The notes: a model not told the origin generated them from the letters alone. 64,000 bases of DNA from Dimorphilus gyrociliatus (GCA_904063045.1 CAJFCJ010000006.1:4170408-4234407), one strand, 5' to 3'. Shown: positions 40,152 through 54,700, numbered from the stretch's first letter. Translations and numbers: made by a program.

Positions 40152-40163
40152 TTTCCCGCCAAA
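40152..40163 (+). promoter_or_regulatory. E2F-like site upstream of the cadherin-like/U-box/TPR gene
   Basis: TTTCCCGCCAAA about 20 bp before the ATG at 40185. Confidence 0.4.
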
Positions 40164-40184
40164 ATAGTCAGACCGCAGACAAAA

Positions 40185-43100
40185 ATGAATGACTGCAGTT
40201 TGGAGAAATTAAGTGTAAAACCTGGAAAATTAAACCCAAAATTTGGTGTTGATCAACTTGATTATTCGGTTACGGTACCGAGTAAAGTAGATAAGATAAC
40301 TTTTGATGGATTTGCAAGAGATAGCGGTGCTTCCTGGTGCGTTTATGTAAGTTTTACGTTTGGTTACTAGGGACTCTTTCCTACTGCAGCGGTATCTAAT
40401 AGCATAATTTTCCTTAATATTATTCTGCAGAAAAATAACGGTGAAAGATCAGTAAATTTGGTAGAGGGAAAGATCAATGAGATAAAAATTGAAGTAACAG
40501 CAGAAGATGGCAAGACTGTTAGATATTATAATGTCAAAGTGAAAAGATTATCAGCCAGGGACGCTTCCCTGGCCGATTTGAAATGTTCAACCGGTCAATT
40601 TGATCCGTCCTTCTCTCCAGATGTTAAAGAATATTATTGTATGTAATTAAAGATTGCAATTCGTTTTTCAATTTATTAACAAAACTTACACGTAGGTTAT
40701 GTGTCATGCGACAAGGAAGAGATTAAAATTTCAGCTAGTGTTGATGATAAAAATATGAAGATATCTGTAAACGATAGCGAACAAGATAAACCAATTCCTT
40801 TGAATGTTGGTCAAACAAAAATAATGGTGGAGGTAACATCCAGCGACGGCTCTAATAAGGAAGTCGGTATTTTTGTATTGTTATAAGGAATGTTTTTCCT
40901 TATTTATAATAAAAAATCATCAATTAAACAGAATTACAAAGTACTGGTTACTAGAAAACAATTACCCAGGCATATTATATTTGTTGATAAAGGTTTAAAT
41001 TGGAAATTTGAAGATCCTCTGTCCCTTTCGGCACTATATTGCCCTATTACTATAAAAAATTCGAAACCAAAGCATACCTATTCGGCTCCTATTATAAATC
41101 AATTAACAAAGACCAATAAAGTTGACCCTTTGAATGAACAACCTCTGCCATTGGATTGGAGAATAGAAGACGAAGAAATTGAAGCAAAATTGACTGATTC
41201 CATTGCAAAGATTCCCTTGAGTGATGGAACCTATACGGAAGAAATGAAATTATCTCAGCTATTGAATAAGGGAAAAGAATTTTGCGGTAAAATCTCAATT
41301 AAGGTTCGGTTTTTGTCTTGATAATTAGTTTTTCAATCAATAATCATATTGAATTTGTAAATAGGCTCCTCAGAGAAAGTTTAATGATAAATGCCCTCTA
41401 TCACATAAAATCGTTGAAAAGAGCTGGGAGAAATCTTTACAGCAGATTTATGATGAAACAGATTCTTCTAAATTACTACAAATGGCTGAAAAAAGCCGTA
41501 AAAGCTATTTTAATTCCTTGTCTTTGATAGGTAGAGAATTTTAAATTATGAATAACTTAAAATCTCCTAATGAACCTTTTTAATAGATAAAACTCCGACA
41601 TTCATCTCTGGTGAATCTCCTTTAGATTATTTAGATCATTCTATCTATTGCTATGCAACAGCTATACAACACAAACCAAAAGATGGCTCTCTTCATTTGA
41701 ATTTAGCTATGCTATTAGAAGAGAGATACTTTGTAGAGGATAGTCTTGGATTAAGTAAGGATACAAAAAAGGCCGAAGAACCTGGTGCAAATTTCGAAGC
41801 TAGAGAAAGTTCAAAAGAAGAAGAGTGCGATGCTATTTGTGAATTGAAAGGCGTTTCAAAAAGCGCACCTTTATCCGAAAAATTGAAAGCTATCGATGCT
41901 GAATATAAGCAACTAGTTGACAGTGGACAACGACCTAAGGCTGATCATGTTCAAATATTATATGCATGGAAGAGTAAACAAGGAACAAAAGAAGGTCGCT
42001 TAGCACAAAAAGTAGAAGATGAAATGTCATTTCTTGGACAAGCATACGTTAAATATCTAGACGCATTATCCATAGATGACGGAAAATCCTCAACACATTT
42101 CCACTTAGCTAGAATGCTTTCTATAAGAGGAAACTATGAAGAAGCCATAAATAGGTTTGAAGTTGCTTTAGTGTTTAATGCAAAGTTGGATGTTGCGAGG
42201 TTAATAATTTTTTAGATTGAAATTCTTCGGTAAAACACATTTATGATATCTATAGATACTACTTAGGAGCTGCCCTTGTTCTTCGAGATAAAGGACCAGG
42301 GGATCGTAAAAAAGAAGCTATAGCATACTTAGTGGAATGTTTAGAGAGTTTACAAACTCAGTTAACGGACGAAGCATTAAATAGCAGTATTAGGTATATA
42401 AAGATCTGTTGAAATAAGCACAATTTTTATAGTTTTATTATTAATCAGTGAAAGCAGAAACAAATTACAAGCTGAAAATTGGGCGAGAGCGTCAAATGGA
42501 TTTCTGCTAAGAAGTTTTATTCAACTTGGCAGATTACTTAAAGAGGAACCTATCAAAGAGTGCCCTTCTGCTGAGGACATATTTCATGCAGCTGCTTTAC
42601 TTGCTTCTCAAGCGTTGCCAGTTACTTCAAAGGGAGATTCCTATCAACAACTAGAATGGGTCATCATCGATGCCCATTCGAACCTCTTGGATATATTGTT
42701 ATCGTCAGAAAATAAGGACAATTCCCTTATTGCTGAACGTTGTAGGAGATTGAGTTCTTTAATAAGTCAATGCTCAATCACTTCGACAACCAATCTTCTT
42801 GCAGTTCAACTAAAAGTATAAAGTTTTCGTTTTCAAAATTCCTTTTCATTCTATTTATTTTTTATAGACAATAGAGAAATTGGTATACATTCAACCTTGT
42901 GATGCGCATTCCTTATATTTGCTGGGAAGTGCTCAATATCGTAATTACGAAGAAAATAACAAAGACTCTTCCCTCCAAGATGCTATATTATCATTTAAAT
43001 CTAGTATAAATCTAGAAGATAAATCAGTTAGCGGACCTGCTCCAGCTGATATATCTGGTACTAAATTATTTAATGATTTATACGAATCTTTACTTTTGGA

Positions 43101-44135
43101 TTAATAATAGGTCAAGAATGGTTTAAATCATATACAACCGAAAAGAGGCCAGACAAAGCAACTGAACCAGCCACCCCAGCCAGTAAGACCCAACCTCCGG
43201 CTTCAAGAGGCACTGCTCGTGGAGCAAGTCGTGGAGCTGCTGTATCAGGAAGAGGGACTGTTGCAAGTTTGTAGAAAGTAGCATTGTTTGGTGACATTTT
43301 TAATTTGCTTGTATTAAAGGGGGTGCTGCAGCTAATAGAGGAACAAGAGGGAGAGGAGCTCCAGTAGGACGAGGAACAGTAAACAAGCCAGCGGCACCCA
43401 CATCCAAAGTGACAAAAGCATTATATTTGTAGTCTTTTGTTGTAATAGTGTAATTTTATTAGGTACCACCTGCAAAAGCCACTGCAAAAGCTTCAGAAGT
43501 AAGAAGACATTCATGCGAGCCAACGGAGAAGAAGGCTCCTGAAGAAAAGAGTACAAATATCCCAAAGAAAGAAGATAAAGTTGAAGATGATAGAGTCAAT
43601 CCCAAATCGTACTTGCCAAGATTGGGTTTAGCTAGAGCCTTGTCAAGGAAATCAGACAAGATTGAGGAATCAAAGAAATATTATCATGAGACTATTAAAA
43701 TGGCTCCCGACATCCACGATGCATATATAGAAAGTGGCGAGATGCTTGTAAAAACTGATCCAATGGGAGCGGTGGAGATTTATAACAAATTTCCAGTTGG
43801 TGACAATCCAAGTTTCGACGATGCGTTCATATTTGGTGAAATAGTTCGAATCTTAATGAAAGAAGAGAAGTACGATGATGAAAGACTGGAAAAAAATCTT
43901 ATAAGGATGGGAAAAGTATTAGGATTAGGTAAATAATTAAAATTTGAATATATTAATGAATAAAAACTGAATTTCAAAATCTTCTTCGTAAATAGGAGCT
44001 TTGGAAAATTACGTTAAGAAGTTAGAGGATAAACTCAAGAATCAATTGTTAATGAACGTCTACGCTGGTGTTAATGGAAAGTCGGTTGACGATCCAGATT
44101 TACAAACTTTCTTCAAATTTAAATGTTGGAAATAA
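40185..44135 (+). CDS. Uncharacterised protein: 2x cadherin-like beta-sandwich, U-box-like, TPR repeats, RG-rich region
   Basis: Repeats LEKLSVKPGKLNPKFGVDQLDYSVTV...IKIEVTAEDGKTVRYYNVKVKR and LADLKCSTGQFDPSFSPDVKEYYC...IMVEVTSSDGSNK. U-box-like FEDPLSLSALYCP...IINQLTKTNKVDPLNEQPL. TPR-like THFHLARMLSIRGNYEEAINRFEVAL and RLGLARAL...YHETIKMAPDIHDAY. Ends FFKFKCWK*. Domain names come from by-eye pattern recognition. Confidence 0.75.
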
Positions 44136-44284
44136 GGACAGTATTTGAGTAAAATTATTGAGATGAAATTGTATTGTTTAAGATCGGTTTATCTACCAAT
44201 TTCTCTCTATTATGAATACATTAAAATTGTAGGAGAGTAAAATGGCAGATATAAAGCTTATTGAATCTTACAGAAAATAAACTA

Positions 44285-47217
44285 TTAAGGCTTTTTAACA
44301 AGAATATTTAAAATATCTGTTACAATTCTATTTAAATTATGCTCATCCGGATGAACAATAATTTCGTCCAGGACTTCCAGAACACCGTCCCGAATAGCTA
44401 ATGTACTATATTTCCTTCCTGTAGAGAGATAATTCTAGGTCAAGTGAAATTAAATAAAAAACTAAAAACACATTACGAACGATTGTTTAGCAATAAATTT
44501 CTTAATGTCCATAAAGCCCATTTTTTAACAGCAATTATATTCGATTTAATTAAATGTATGAGTCCATTGAAAGAGGAGTAAATATGAAAAGATGGATAAA
44601 TTTCATCTCCCCACATATTTACCTTGTCCAGCTTTTAGAATGATTAATATATTGAAAATATATTAAAATTAATTAGTCCTACTAATGTATAATTACCAGA
44701 GCAGTTTGCAAGATCTTAACATCTTCTTTAGAGTAGATTGTTGATGAACATTCAGATTCTTTTAATAGTTTAATAATTAGTTATTAATAATTAATGAAAA
44801 TAGCTAACCAATAATAAGAATATGAGCTAGATTAGCTGCAGCAGTTTGTGAAACTGGAAATTCATGCTTTTCAATTCTCTCTAAAACAAGAGAGATAATA
44901 TCTCGATCTTGCATTACTATTTGTTTTGTATTCTGAGTCATAAGGAAGAGGAACTAAAATAGGTAATAAAAATAAAGTTATTTTAAACGTAAACAAAGCT
45001 TAGATAATAGAATACCAGTAATGTAAACAATCGTCCTTCAATTGGTGCAAGAACATCATTTTTATCCTGAGGATTAATTGTCTGTAATAATAAAAGATAT
45101 AGATATATACATATATATTAATATATATATATATATAACTACATATAAATGTACTTATCAATATAAAGATATTTATCTATTACCTTCAATATCATTTTAA
45201 ATACTTCGTATCGTCCTTCGGAAAAGAATGTAAGCGATAGCGAAGAATGCGCTAAACAGGTAAGTATTCTCAAACAGGAATAAAGGGTAAAGGAAGCATG
45301 TTGTGTAAAATTTTGTAAATAATATTCTATATGACGAAATAGAGATGTAATAAAATTTTCAATTAGCTCAATTTGACTTTTAGTGAATTTTATCTAAAAA
45401 TTAATTAATTATTTAATTATTTAATTAAAGATAAATAAACATGCTAAGAAAAACTTACGGTATGGATTCGTATTTTCGAGAAAAAAGTCATACAAGCAAC
45501 GTAAAGTTGCCTAAGAACCGAATCATCATTTATTTGGGAACCCAATTCAAGTATTATAGATAATGAATGAAAATCATTTTGAACCTTAAATCGTATAAGG
45601 AAGAGATTGATAGGTAAAAAAGAAATATATAATTTTAGAATAGATCAATTAGAAATTCGAAATATACCGCTCCTAATCCTCTGTAATTCCTATAGATTGC
45701 TCCCAAACATAGATTAACAATTTGAGAATGAGTCTTAAAACTTTCAAGAATTTTGAAACATAGCTTTACTATTCGATAGCTAATTGGCAATTTCGTTATT
45801 GGTTTTTTATAACAACTAATAGCATCGATACTTGATAGGCTATGTACAATTAGGTGATAAGATTCAGTTTTCTTATAATTGTGATAGAATTTCCAATTTT
45901 CTAATATATCACATATTGTCTTAAAATAAATAAATAGATTAGTTTAATTAATTATCTAAATAATTAATTAATTACCTGTAAAATATCAATATATATTGAA
46001 TTATTCGATTCATCATCATCAATTCTAAGAATAGTAGTACAGAGGCTTTTTAAAGATGTAGTAATTGCCGTTACATTCAATGAATTGTTTTTTAAGCAAT
46101 TCAAAATATTCTTTAAACACTGCCTTCCCGTTATCTAAATGTTTTTATTTACATTATCAATGATTATATAATATATAAATATACATTATGGTTAATCTTT
46201 ATTATATCTATTAGTATAAAATACAAACATTGATATTGCTGAATTGCGCCATTTTATCTTCGCAGTTGGTTAGAGTTAATCCTAAAAATTTTAACTTTGG
46301 ATGTCTTTGAATGAAATTCCTAGAAATGAAGTTATTACTAGTATAATAATTCTATTAATTAGATTGATATTTTACTTAAGAATCACTTCGTGACAAGTCC
46401 AATTGCCACTAATATTTAAATAAATCATATTTGGCCATATTGTTCCTTCTAAGAAGTTATTTAAATAATCTATAGGATTATTTGTATTAAAAGCATCCCT
46501 AGATACATCAAGATGGTTAAGTGTTCCAATAGTTTTTAGATGATTTAAAGTTGATAATGTTGTGAAATATTGATTGAATGAACAGTTTAAAATTTTTAAA
46601 TTAACCATTTTAATCAGAGGTTCAAGGTCAGTTATAAAAGTTTTTGCTAAATTTAATTTCCTTAAATAAGGTAAATTTTCCACAAGGAAAGCTAAGTTTG
46701 TATCACTGAAGTTTGTAAAGCTTACATCTAAGCTCAGAAGATGTTTAAACTCAGTTAAAAAGTCAATAGCTCTATACTCCGATGTATACTTTCCACTTTC
46801 AAGATTCTTAGAATTAATTATACAACCGGAAATACCTAAATGAGTGATATTTTCACATTTAAATCCAATAAGCCATTCTTTAGCAGGAAAATGTCTAAAG
46901 TATTCTATTTGGATCGAAGTAATATTATGACCTACTAAATTAAGTATGGAAGATTTTTCTTGAATTCTATTGCCGTGCATTTTGATGAAATTGAGAGATG
47001 TACGATTTGGTTTAAATACCTTTAAAGTTTCATCCGTAATACCAATCTCCTCATCATCCAAAATATTTAATAAGTACTCTGATATTGTAATAGGAAAATG
47101 AAAAAAATCGCACGACTGTAAATATTCTCTATAAATCAGTTTCCAGTATTTTTTGATAAAAATCAAACAAATATCTTGCAGTGTGTCAATTTTAAATTGT
47201 GTAATATCTCCTGACAT
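44285..47217 (-). CDS. ZYG11/ZER1-family LRR-ARM protein (putative CRL2 substrate receptor), divergent
   Basis: N-terminal DTLQDICLIFI (BC/VHL-box-like), FPITISEYLL...TDETLKVF; LRRs (LLSLDVSFTNF, LRKLNLAKTFI, LNHLDVSR); helical repeat exons ending AIRDGVLEVLDEII...LVKKP*. Confidence 0.7.
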
Positions 47218-48763
47218 ATTAATATATTGTATATGTTCCTTTCGTATTTAATCAACTGAATAATAATCACAAATAAACTATCCAATTAACCTGAAATAAC
47301 TTCTCAAATAATCCATGCACAATAGATGAATAATGTCAATTATCTACAGTACTGACATCTAGTTATGTACCAATTTGAAATTTATAAGTTGATAGTAGAA
47401 AAAAAATGACCAAAGTTCTCTACAATCTCTATATTAATCTATTAAGCCTCCGTTCTTTCTTTTTCTTCAAATATCCAGATGATCTTTTAAAAATCCTCGT
47501 CCCGTTATCTGAGCGTACTGATATTTGTACTGAAAATAGAAAGGAATAAAACGTTGAGCACTATCAATTGAGGACTTTTTATTCAAACAAACGGAGATAT
47601 ATGGAAAAAAAGAACGTTCTTTTTATTTTCAAAAATCGTTCCTTTCTCTTTCAATTCCTTTAATTGAACGGTCTTTACACTTTCCATATTTCTATACTCA
47701 AACAATTTATCAAAGTTAACCTTTTGGCCAGTATATTTTAGGAAATCTATATAACCTATAAAAAAAGACAACATACTACGTATATATTTATGTTATATAT
47801 TTACATTTACTATACATAGATGTTTGTCAGTTTAAGATTAAACAAATGTTTAGGCCTATTGAAGGAAAATAAACAATACTATTGTAGAGAGGTAATACTT
47901 ACGTTACATTAAAAAAAATAAGCAAAATTCTATTTAATTTCATGTTCTTACACTATAAACCTACAACTATATATAGTATATATCTAATCTAATAATGCCC
48001 TATTTTAAGGAAACGGCTACATCTTATCTCTCGAACTTTTTATAAACATGATACGCGTATAGTATTTATATATAAAAAAGGGAAAGTATAATAATAACAA
48101 ATCAGAAAAAATCTAGGTCAAAATATTATTTTACTTATTAAAGAAAAAAATTACATTAACTATTCCATACTATTAACATTAATGGATAAACAAGATCTTA
48201 TATATCAACATGATTTCTATTCTTTAATAGGATTTTATTAGGAGTGGACTATATTTTTTGTACAATATATATATATATATATGTTCCGGTTACCAAGATA
48301 GAGAATGTATAGAAAGAATACTATATTCTAAGGATGAAAGAAATATTTCTTCTTTTCTCATCTCTTTGATTGATGGAAACTAATAATATACGGATATTAT
48401 ATTATGCTTATGGAGAAAAAAACAATAGTACTAATAGTCTTTAGTATAAATGCAGAGAGAAAGAGAGAGGTAAAATAGGAAGAGAAAGACACATATCGAG
48501 ACAAGCTTTTGAACAGACTTCCTAAAATTTCTAGGGAAAAATTTGCAAGATATATTGATTCTTGATTGTACTGTCACATATCTAGACTTCTCAATGCTAT
48601 TCCGTGGGCCGTAAGCTCCTTTCTCTGAAAGCAAAATTCAAAAATTTTTATGTATACAATAGGTCCAGGTAGGCCATTTACTTGTAAAGCTATTTTTTGC
48701 TAAAGGTCTATGAACCTATAAACCTCCTTTAAATTTAATCAGTTGGTGAAAATCATCAAACTT

Positions 48764-51700
48764 ATGAACAATTATTTGGATGCTAAGTTATCAGGTATGA
48801 TATTCGTATCGCAAAATGTTGAATATTTCATCAGTTTGCTCTGTTTGAATTCGTGTCAATTTTTGGGTCTCTCTCTCTCTCTCTTTCAATATTTATATAA
48901 TTTATATCTATTTTTAATGCGTTATTATAATTGATGATAATTATTATCTACAAAAGCTGTAGAAGATATCGAAGAAAATAGCATACATTTGGAAATGAAA
49001 AGGGTTAAAATAAGTGATTCTTATAGGAAAACATCTCCAAATGTTATCATAAAACCTGTAAGTAATTAAAAAATTAGACATACAGGTATATTAATTCATT
49101 AATCAATTAATCAATTTACGTTTGTCAATCAAATGAAATAATGAAACAAAGGAATCGAATGAAAATCCACTTATTTATCCCGTTGAAAAGGCTCAGCGTA
49201 AAGAATCTGCGGAGGAAAAATCAATTTGGAAACGCTGGAAACTAATGATAATTATTTTAATAATTGTAATTGTTCTCTTAATATCCATTATTATTGGAAT
49301 TATACTTGGATTTACGATTAAAAGTATAATGAGAATAATAGTTAAACCATTGCTTAAACTAGTCATGTCAAATAGCTTCAACAAACGATAATCATTCGTC
49401 AGAATCGTGGGTCTATTACGAAAGTATTATGATTTAATTATAAATTAATATCTTAAATAATATGACTATAAATTTCAAAATTTTGTAGCAATTGTCTCAA
49501 TGGAAATTAATATGAATAAATCCTATAATGATAATTTAAAGGATAACAGTTCAAAGGAGTATAATGATTTATCAGATGAACTACAATCATCATTTACTGA
49601 TTTTATGAAAAATTCCAAAAATAAAAGACTAAACTATTTAACTTCAATAAACAATATAAAATTTAAATCTGGAAGTATAATATCAAACTTTAATATGTTA
49701 TTCAAAAGCAATAATAAAGCTGAGAGCGATATTAAAGTTGAAGAGATTGAAAATATATTTAATGAAATATTACAAATTTCCAAATTAAAGTTGACATTCT
49801 TTAAGATTATCTTAATAATTTATAAGAAAATATCTGATTCTTCTGAAGAAATGTTTACTGTAAAACCAACTGAAAAAATGACAACAACTTTACTTCTTGA
49901 TACAACTAAGACAAGTCCAGTAGTTGATACTACTATTCCAACAACAACCGTGCAAACTTCAACAAGTCGTAAGTATTGTTTAATTATATTTAAATTATTT
50001 AATTGCCTTAATTTATATAGGAACAAGTACAAAATCGATTTTGCAGTCGACACTACCCTCTCCCAGTGAATATAATTTTCTATAGAATCTGTATTATAAG
50101 TATTATTTTAAAAACATTTTATCAATTTTTAGATATAGAAACGTGGTCATTCGAAAAAGAATTGGATGATACTTCAATAATATCTGGAAATAGTTTCTAT
50201 TCAACTTTAAAATGGAAGAGGATGACAGTAAATGAATTAAAACGTGCTCTTCCTGTATCCGAATCAATAAATCTTGTTGGAAGAGGTCTCATAACACTAA
50301 TATATATTTAAAAAAACATAAATAGTACTTGAATTCTACAGATTCCTATTTGTACTATGTCAATGGTTATAAATCATTTTCGAACGAGTTTACAATTCTT
50401 CTCACTCCAGTTGTTAAAAATTTATATAGTTGTTCATCGTTATATTATTACATCTCTAATCCTGACAATGGTACTATATTCTCAGTAAATAGCCTTACAT
50501 TCAATATTTATTTATTGTATTAATTTTAATAATTATTATCCTTTCGAAAACAGATTGGTATAAAGGTTAATGAAAAGTATCTGCCGGTTCTACGTTATCC
50601 TTATCTTAATGACTTTTGGAACTTAATAAGAATTAATAATTTGCCTAAAGAATTTCAAGTAAGCTACATTCGTTATCTATAGGTTTCGCTTATTTAATTT
50701 TATTATTTATTAAGTTTGTCTTTACGGTGCAAAAGACTTTTAATTCTAATATTAAAGTAAATATTGGTATTGATCAAGTTCAATTTCATTCAAAAGGCTT
50801 TTGTAATGGAGCATCTAATGATATGCAAGGTTAATTAAATAGGTTTTTGAACAATTTCACCTAATTAATTAACCTTCTATTACTTTTTCTACAGAATTGA
50901 ATAATATTAATTGCAATTTCAAGTTGAACACTTGTGGATATTATACGCAGTTTTCATATAAACTTACAGCCGGCCTTACTTGGCATAGAGATATTTACAG
51001 AGGTATTTACACATTCATAAAAAATAAAATAAAAAAGGCAGATTGCCAATAAAACATAGACATACTTTAGCTTTCATATATTATTCATTTTTTCCTTGAA
51101 CAGGTCAATATGTACTAGCTGCTTATCCTTTATATACGACTCATGAATCTCTTGAAACTAAATTATATTCACCTAAATTTAAATTACATAAAGATAATTG
51201 CCTAAGAATCTCTGGTACAAGAATAAAAGGGGCAACTATAATACTGAATATTAATATGTACAATCCAAATGGAATTTCAGCGTAAGCTTTATAAAGGAAT
51301 TGTTTCCATTAAAAGAATAACATATCATTTAATATAAAGGCCTTTGAAAAATATCGTTTTTAATAAACATACACCAGATACAGTTGGTTATATAGAAATA
51401 CCAAAGATTTACGTTCAAGTATGTTCAATAGTTATTGTTTTTTTAATAACCTTAATTAACGATCAAATCTTTCTTTAGTTTAGCATTTCACCATTGAAAA
51501 GTGATGACAAACCTAGTTTGTTATTCATTATTTCTATATCTTTATTAAATGATTCTTGTCCTGTTAAGCGCAATGGTTTATAGAATTGAAAATATATGTT
51601 CAATTTTTTAAAGGTACATGTTTTTTGCAGATGCAACTTTTGAAAAGAAGTTATGCTCTTTTGATAAAGATATATGTAATTTTAGATTATCATATTCAAG

Positions 51701-54700
51701 CCGGCGTTCACCGGGTTCAAGGCATTTTGCTTTCCAGAGAAAGGAAATTCAATATTTTCCAAGTAGAAAGTTTTTAATATAAACATTTTGAACGTTTACT
51801 GTAGATTAATATGTTAATTTGTAAAGATACTGAAGCTTATTTACTTGCCAATGCTCAGGATGGAGTGCATTCGAATGACGTAGCTATTGTCGAGTCTCCT
51901 TTAATAAGTGATACAGGATATACTTGCTTGTATTACTCTTATACGATATCAGCAGTTCATAATACAATAATAGCAATCTCTGTACGTCTATATTGTATAA
52001 AACTATAAAATTATAAATAATTTTATTATTCAAATACTAATATATCTTTATGTCTTTATCTAATTAATAGGTAAATATCTTAGATAGTAATAATACATTT
52101 AGAACACTTTCATCGGTTGAAAAGGCTACTAATTCCGCATGGTATACCAAAAGAACGGATATTTTCTCAGATATATCTTACAAGGTACTTTTAATAATAA
52201 CATACATAATCTATGTATTTATTCTTATCAACAGATAATTATAAAAGCGGCAATTTTATCTAAAGGAAGATACGCACATATTAGAATAGATAATATTGGT
52301 ACAAGCAGATCAAGATGCTACAAAGATGAATATTATAAAGGTAAGATTTTTTGAAGAAATTGAAGACCGATATTTTTTAAATATATAGTATTTTAATTAT
52401 AATTCATATATAGTTTCCCCGACTTGTGACTTCAACAAAGATCTTTGCGGCTACGAATTAGCCAACAAGTTAGAAAGCTCTTTTGAATGGGATCGCTCAA
52501 AATTAAATACAACAACTGGTAGAAATATTTAAATATTCTTTATAATTACTATGTAATAAAAAAATAAAACATTTAAATTAGATAACATAGCATTAAGAGT
52601 TGTCCAATCAGAATATACTTCAGGAGATGTTGCAACATTAATATCACCAGAAATAGGAATAAAAAATTCAAATAAATGCGTCTACTTTGATACATATTTC
52701 ATCAATGAAAAGTACATTGTTTCTAATGAAACCTTTTTAAGAGTTTATCAACTTTTAGATGACAATAGGAATCGAGAAAATATGTATATATTTCTTTCTT
52801 TAAAGGAATTAACTATATAGAATTATATATATTTTATCATTTTAGATTAAATATTTCAAGAAACACTTGCTACAAACGTTATTATATAAATTTAACGAAA
52901 CACGTCTCAAAGGTAATCTCTCCAAAATGTTTTAACAATCCGTTTTAAATGTACTATAATCCTTTCTTTGTTTGTTTTCCCCTATAATAGATTATTTTTG
53001 AAGCTACATCAGTGTCTAAAAATGAGGAAACTTTCTTTATCGATAATATTTTGTTCAAAACTGGTAATTGCGTTGAAGGTTAGTTAACTAATTTGAACAA
53101 TTTATTATATTATTACATACTATGTTTACTAATAGAAAATGAAGCTATGTGCACCTTTGAAAATGGTATATGTTATGAATATTCTGTTAAAACAACTCAT
53201 AATGATAACTGGATATGGAAGATTGAAGATGAAAGTGACTTTCTCGGATTTCAATTACTAAAATGTAAAATAGATACTTTAAACAAGTTAAAAAGAATGT
53301 TTCCTTTATTATTTCAATTTTTTTTATTTAAAAAAAGGTAACAAGATAATATCTGTAAGAGACAATTCCGCTAGTATCAATTCAGCTACAACATTGACAA
53401 CAAGCTATATTAATGCAACGAAAAATCATTGCATATCTTTCAATTTTCATGGAGGAAGGTATCAAAGACCGTTGATGGTAGCCATATTTACTCACTATTA
53501 ACATATATAAGTATATTAAACTAAATATAAACGTTTGAATATGCAGGTTTATATAGAAGTTGAAAATGGAATAGTTTCATGTTCGTATAGAGTGAGACAG
53601 TTAGATAAAATTTGGAAAGTTGGATATATTCTGGATCTACCTCAAACTAATGCATTTAGGGTATTAAATATTGCTTTTATATACTGTATATACAGTATAT
53701 ATAATACGATTAATAATTTCATATAGATTCACTTTAAAGCTGTTAAAGGAGGATTTAAAGACGAAATTTTTGCTATCGATGATCTGAAATTTGCCGATAA
53801 AGAAGTTTGCCAAAACTTTACAAACAATCATATGAATAGTATTGGTAAATTTTCTAAACAAAAAAATAGTTTTATTTCAGAGATAATAACATTGAAAAAA
53901 AATTTTCAATCAGATTGTAGATTCCAGAATGATATGTGCGGATATTCTACAAACGAAGCACTTTATCAAGGATTTTCTTGGTTTAAATATGCTATAGGCG
54001 AAAGTAATAACCAGGAAACTTTTGTAGATGATCATATGTTTGTTAAAAATGACTTTAAATTTTAGACCATCACCTCAGAATTCAAGGCTATAATAATGAT
54101 ACTACAGATCAAATTGCTAGATTAATCTCTCCGAAAATGATTAATCCTATATCAAAGGGTAAATGTTTGTACCTTAACCTTAAGAATAAATACAAGCATA
54201 GCGAAGTCTTTATTAAAACATACTTTAAATTTATTAATGAAACATTTTGGAGGTGATTACATTTGGTTTCTATTCTAATAGATAAACATAATTTTTGTAT
54301 TAAATAATTGACAGTATTCCTGAACAAAAGTATAAAGATTCATGCAATTTTAATAGTATCATCTATTACCATATTGACAAACCTGTCGTACAAGTAAGTA
54401 GACTTGTTTTTCATTGTAAAAAATAAATAAAACTTTTTTGTAGGTCATGTTGGAGATTAAATCTTTAGATATTAAAAATAATATCATTACATTAAATACC
54501 ATCAATGTAGAATATTGCAACGGTAACGGTAAGCTCTTACTACTATTGTTAAAGTCATTTGACCTAGTTATAAAACACAGGAAACTATTCCGACAATCGA
54601 AATTGCGAAGAAGATAGTTTGAAAGATAAACTTACATTAGGAAGTAATAAAATTCAATCGAGTGATTTATCTTGGCAGGTAAATCATCTAGTTTACAAAC

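Noticed and set aside
48535-48668. Upstream open exon and 6-nt micro-exon for the MAM gene
   Set aside because: The phases cannot be joined to the downstream coding exons without a stop; more likely 5' UTR or chance.
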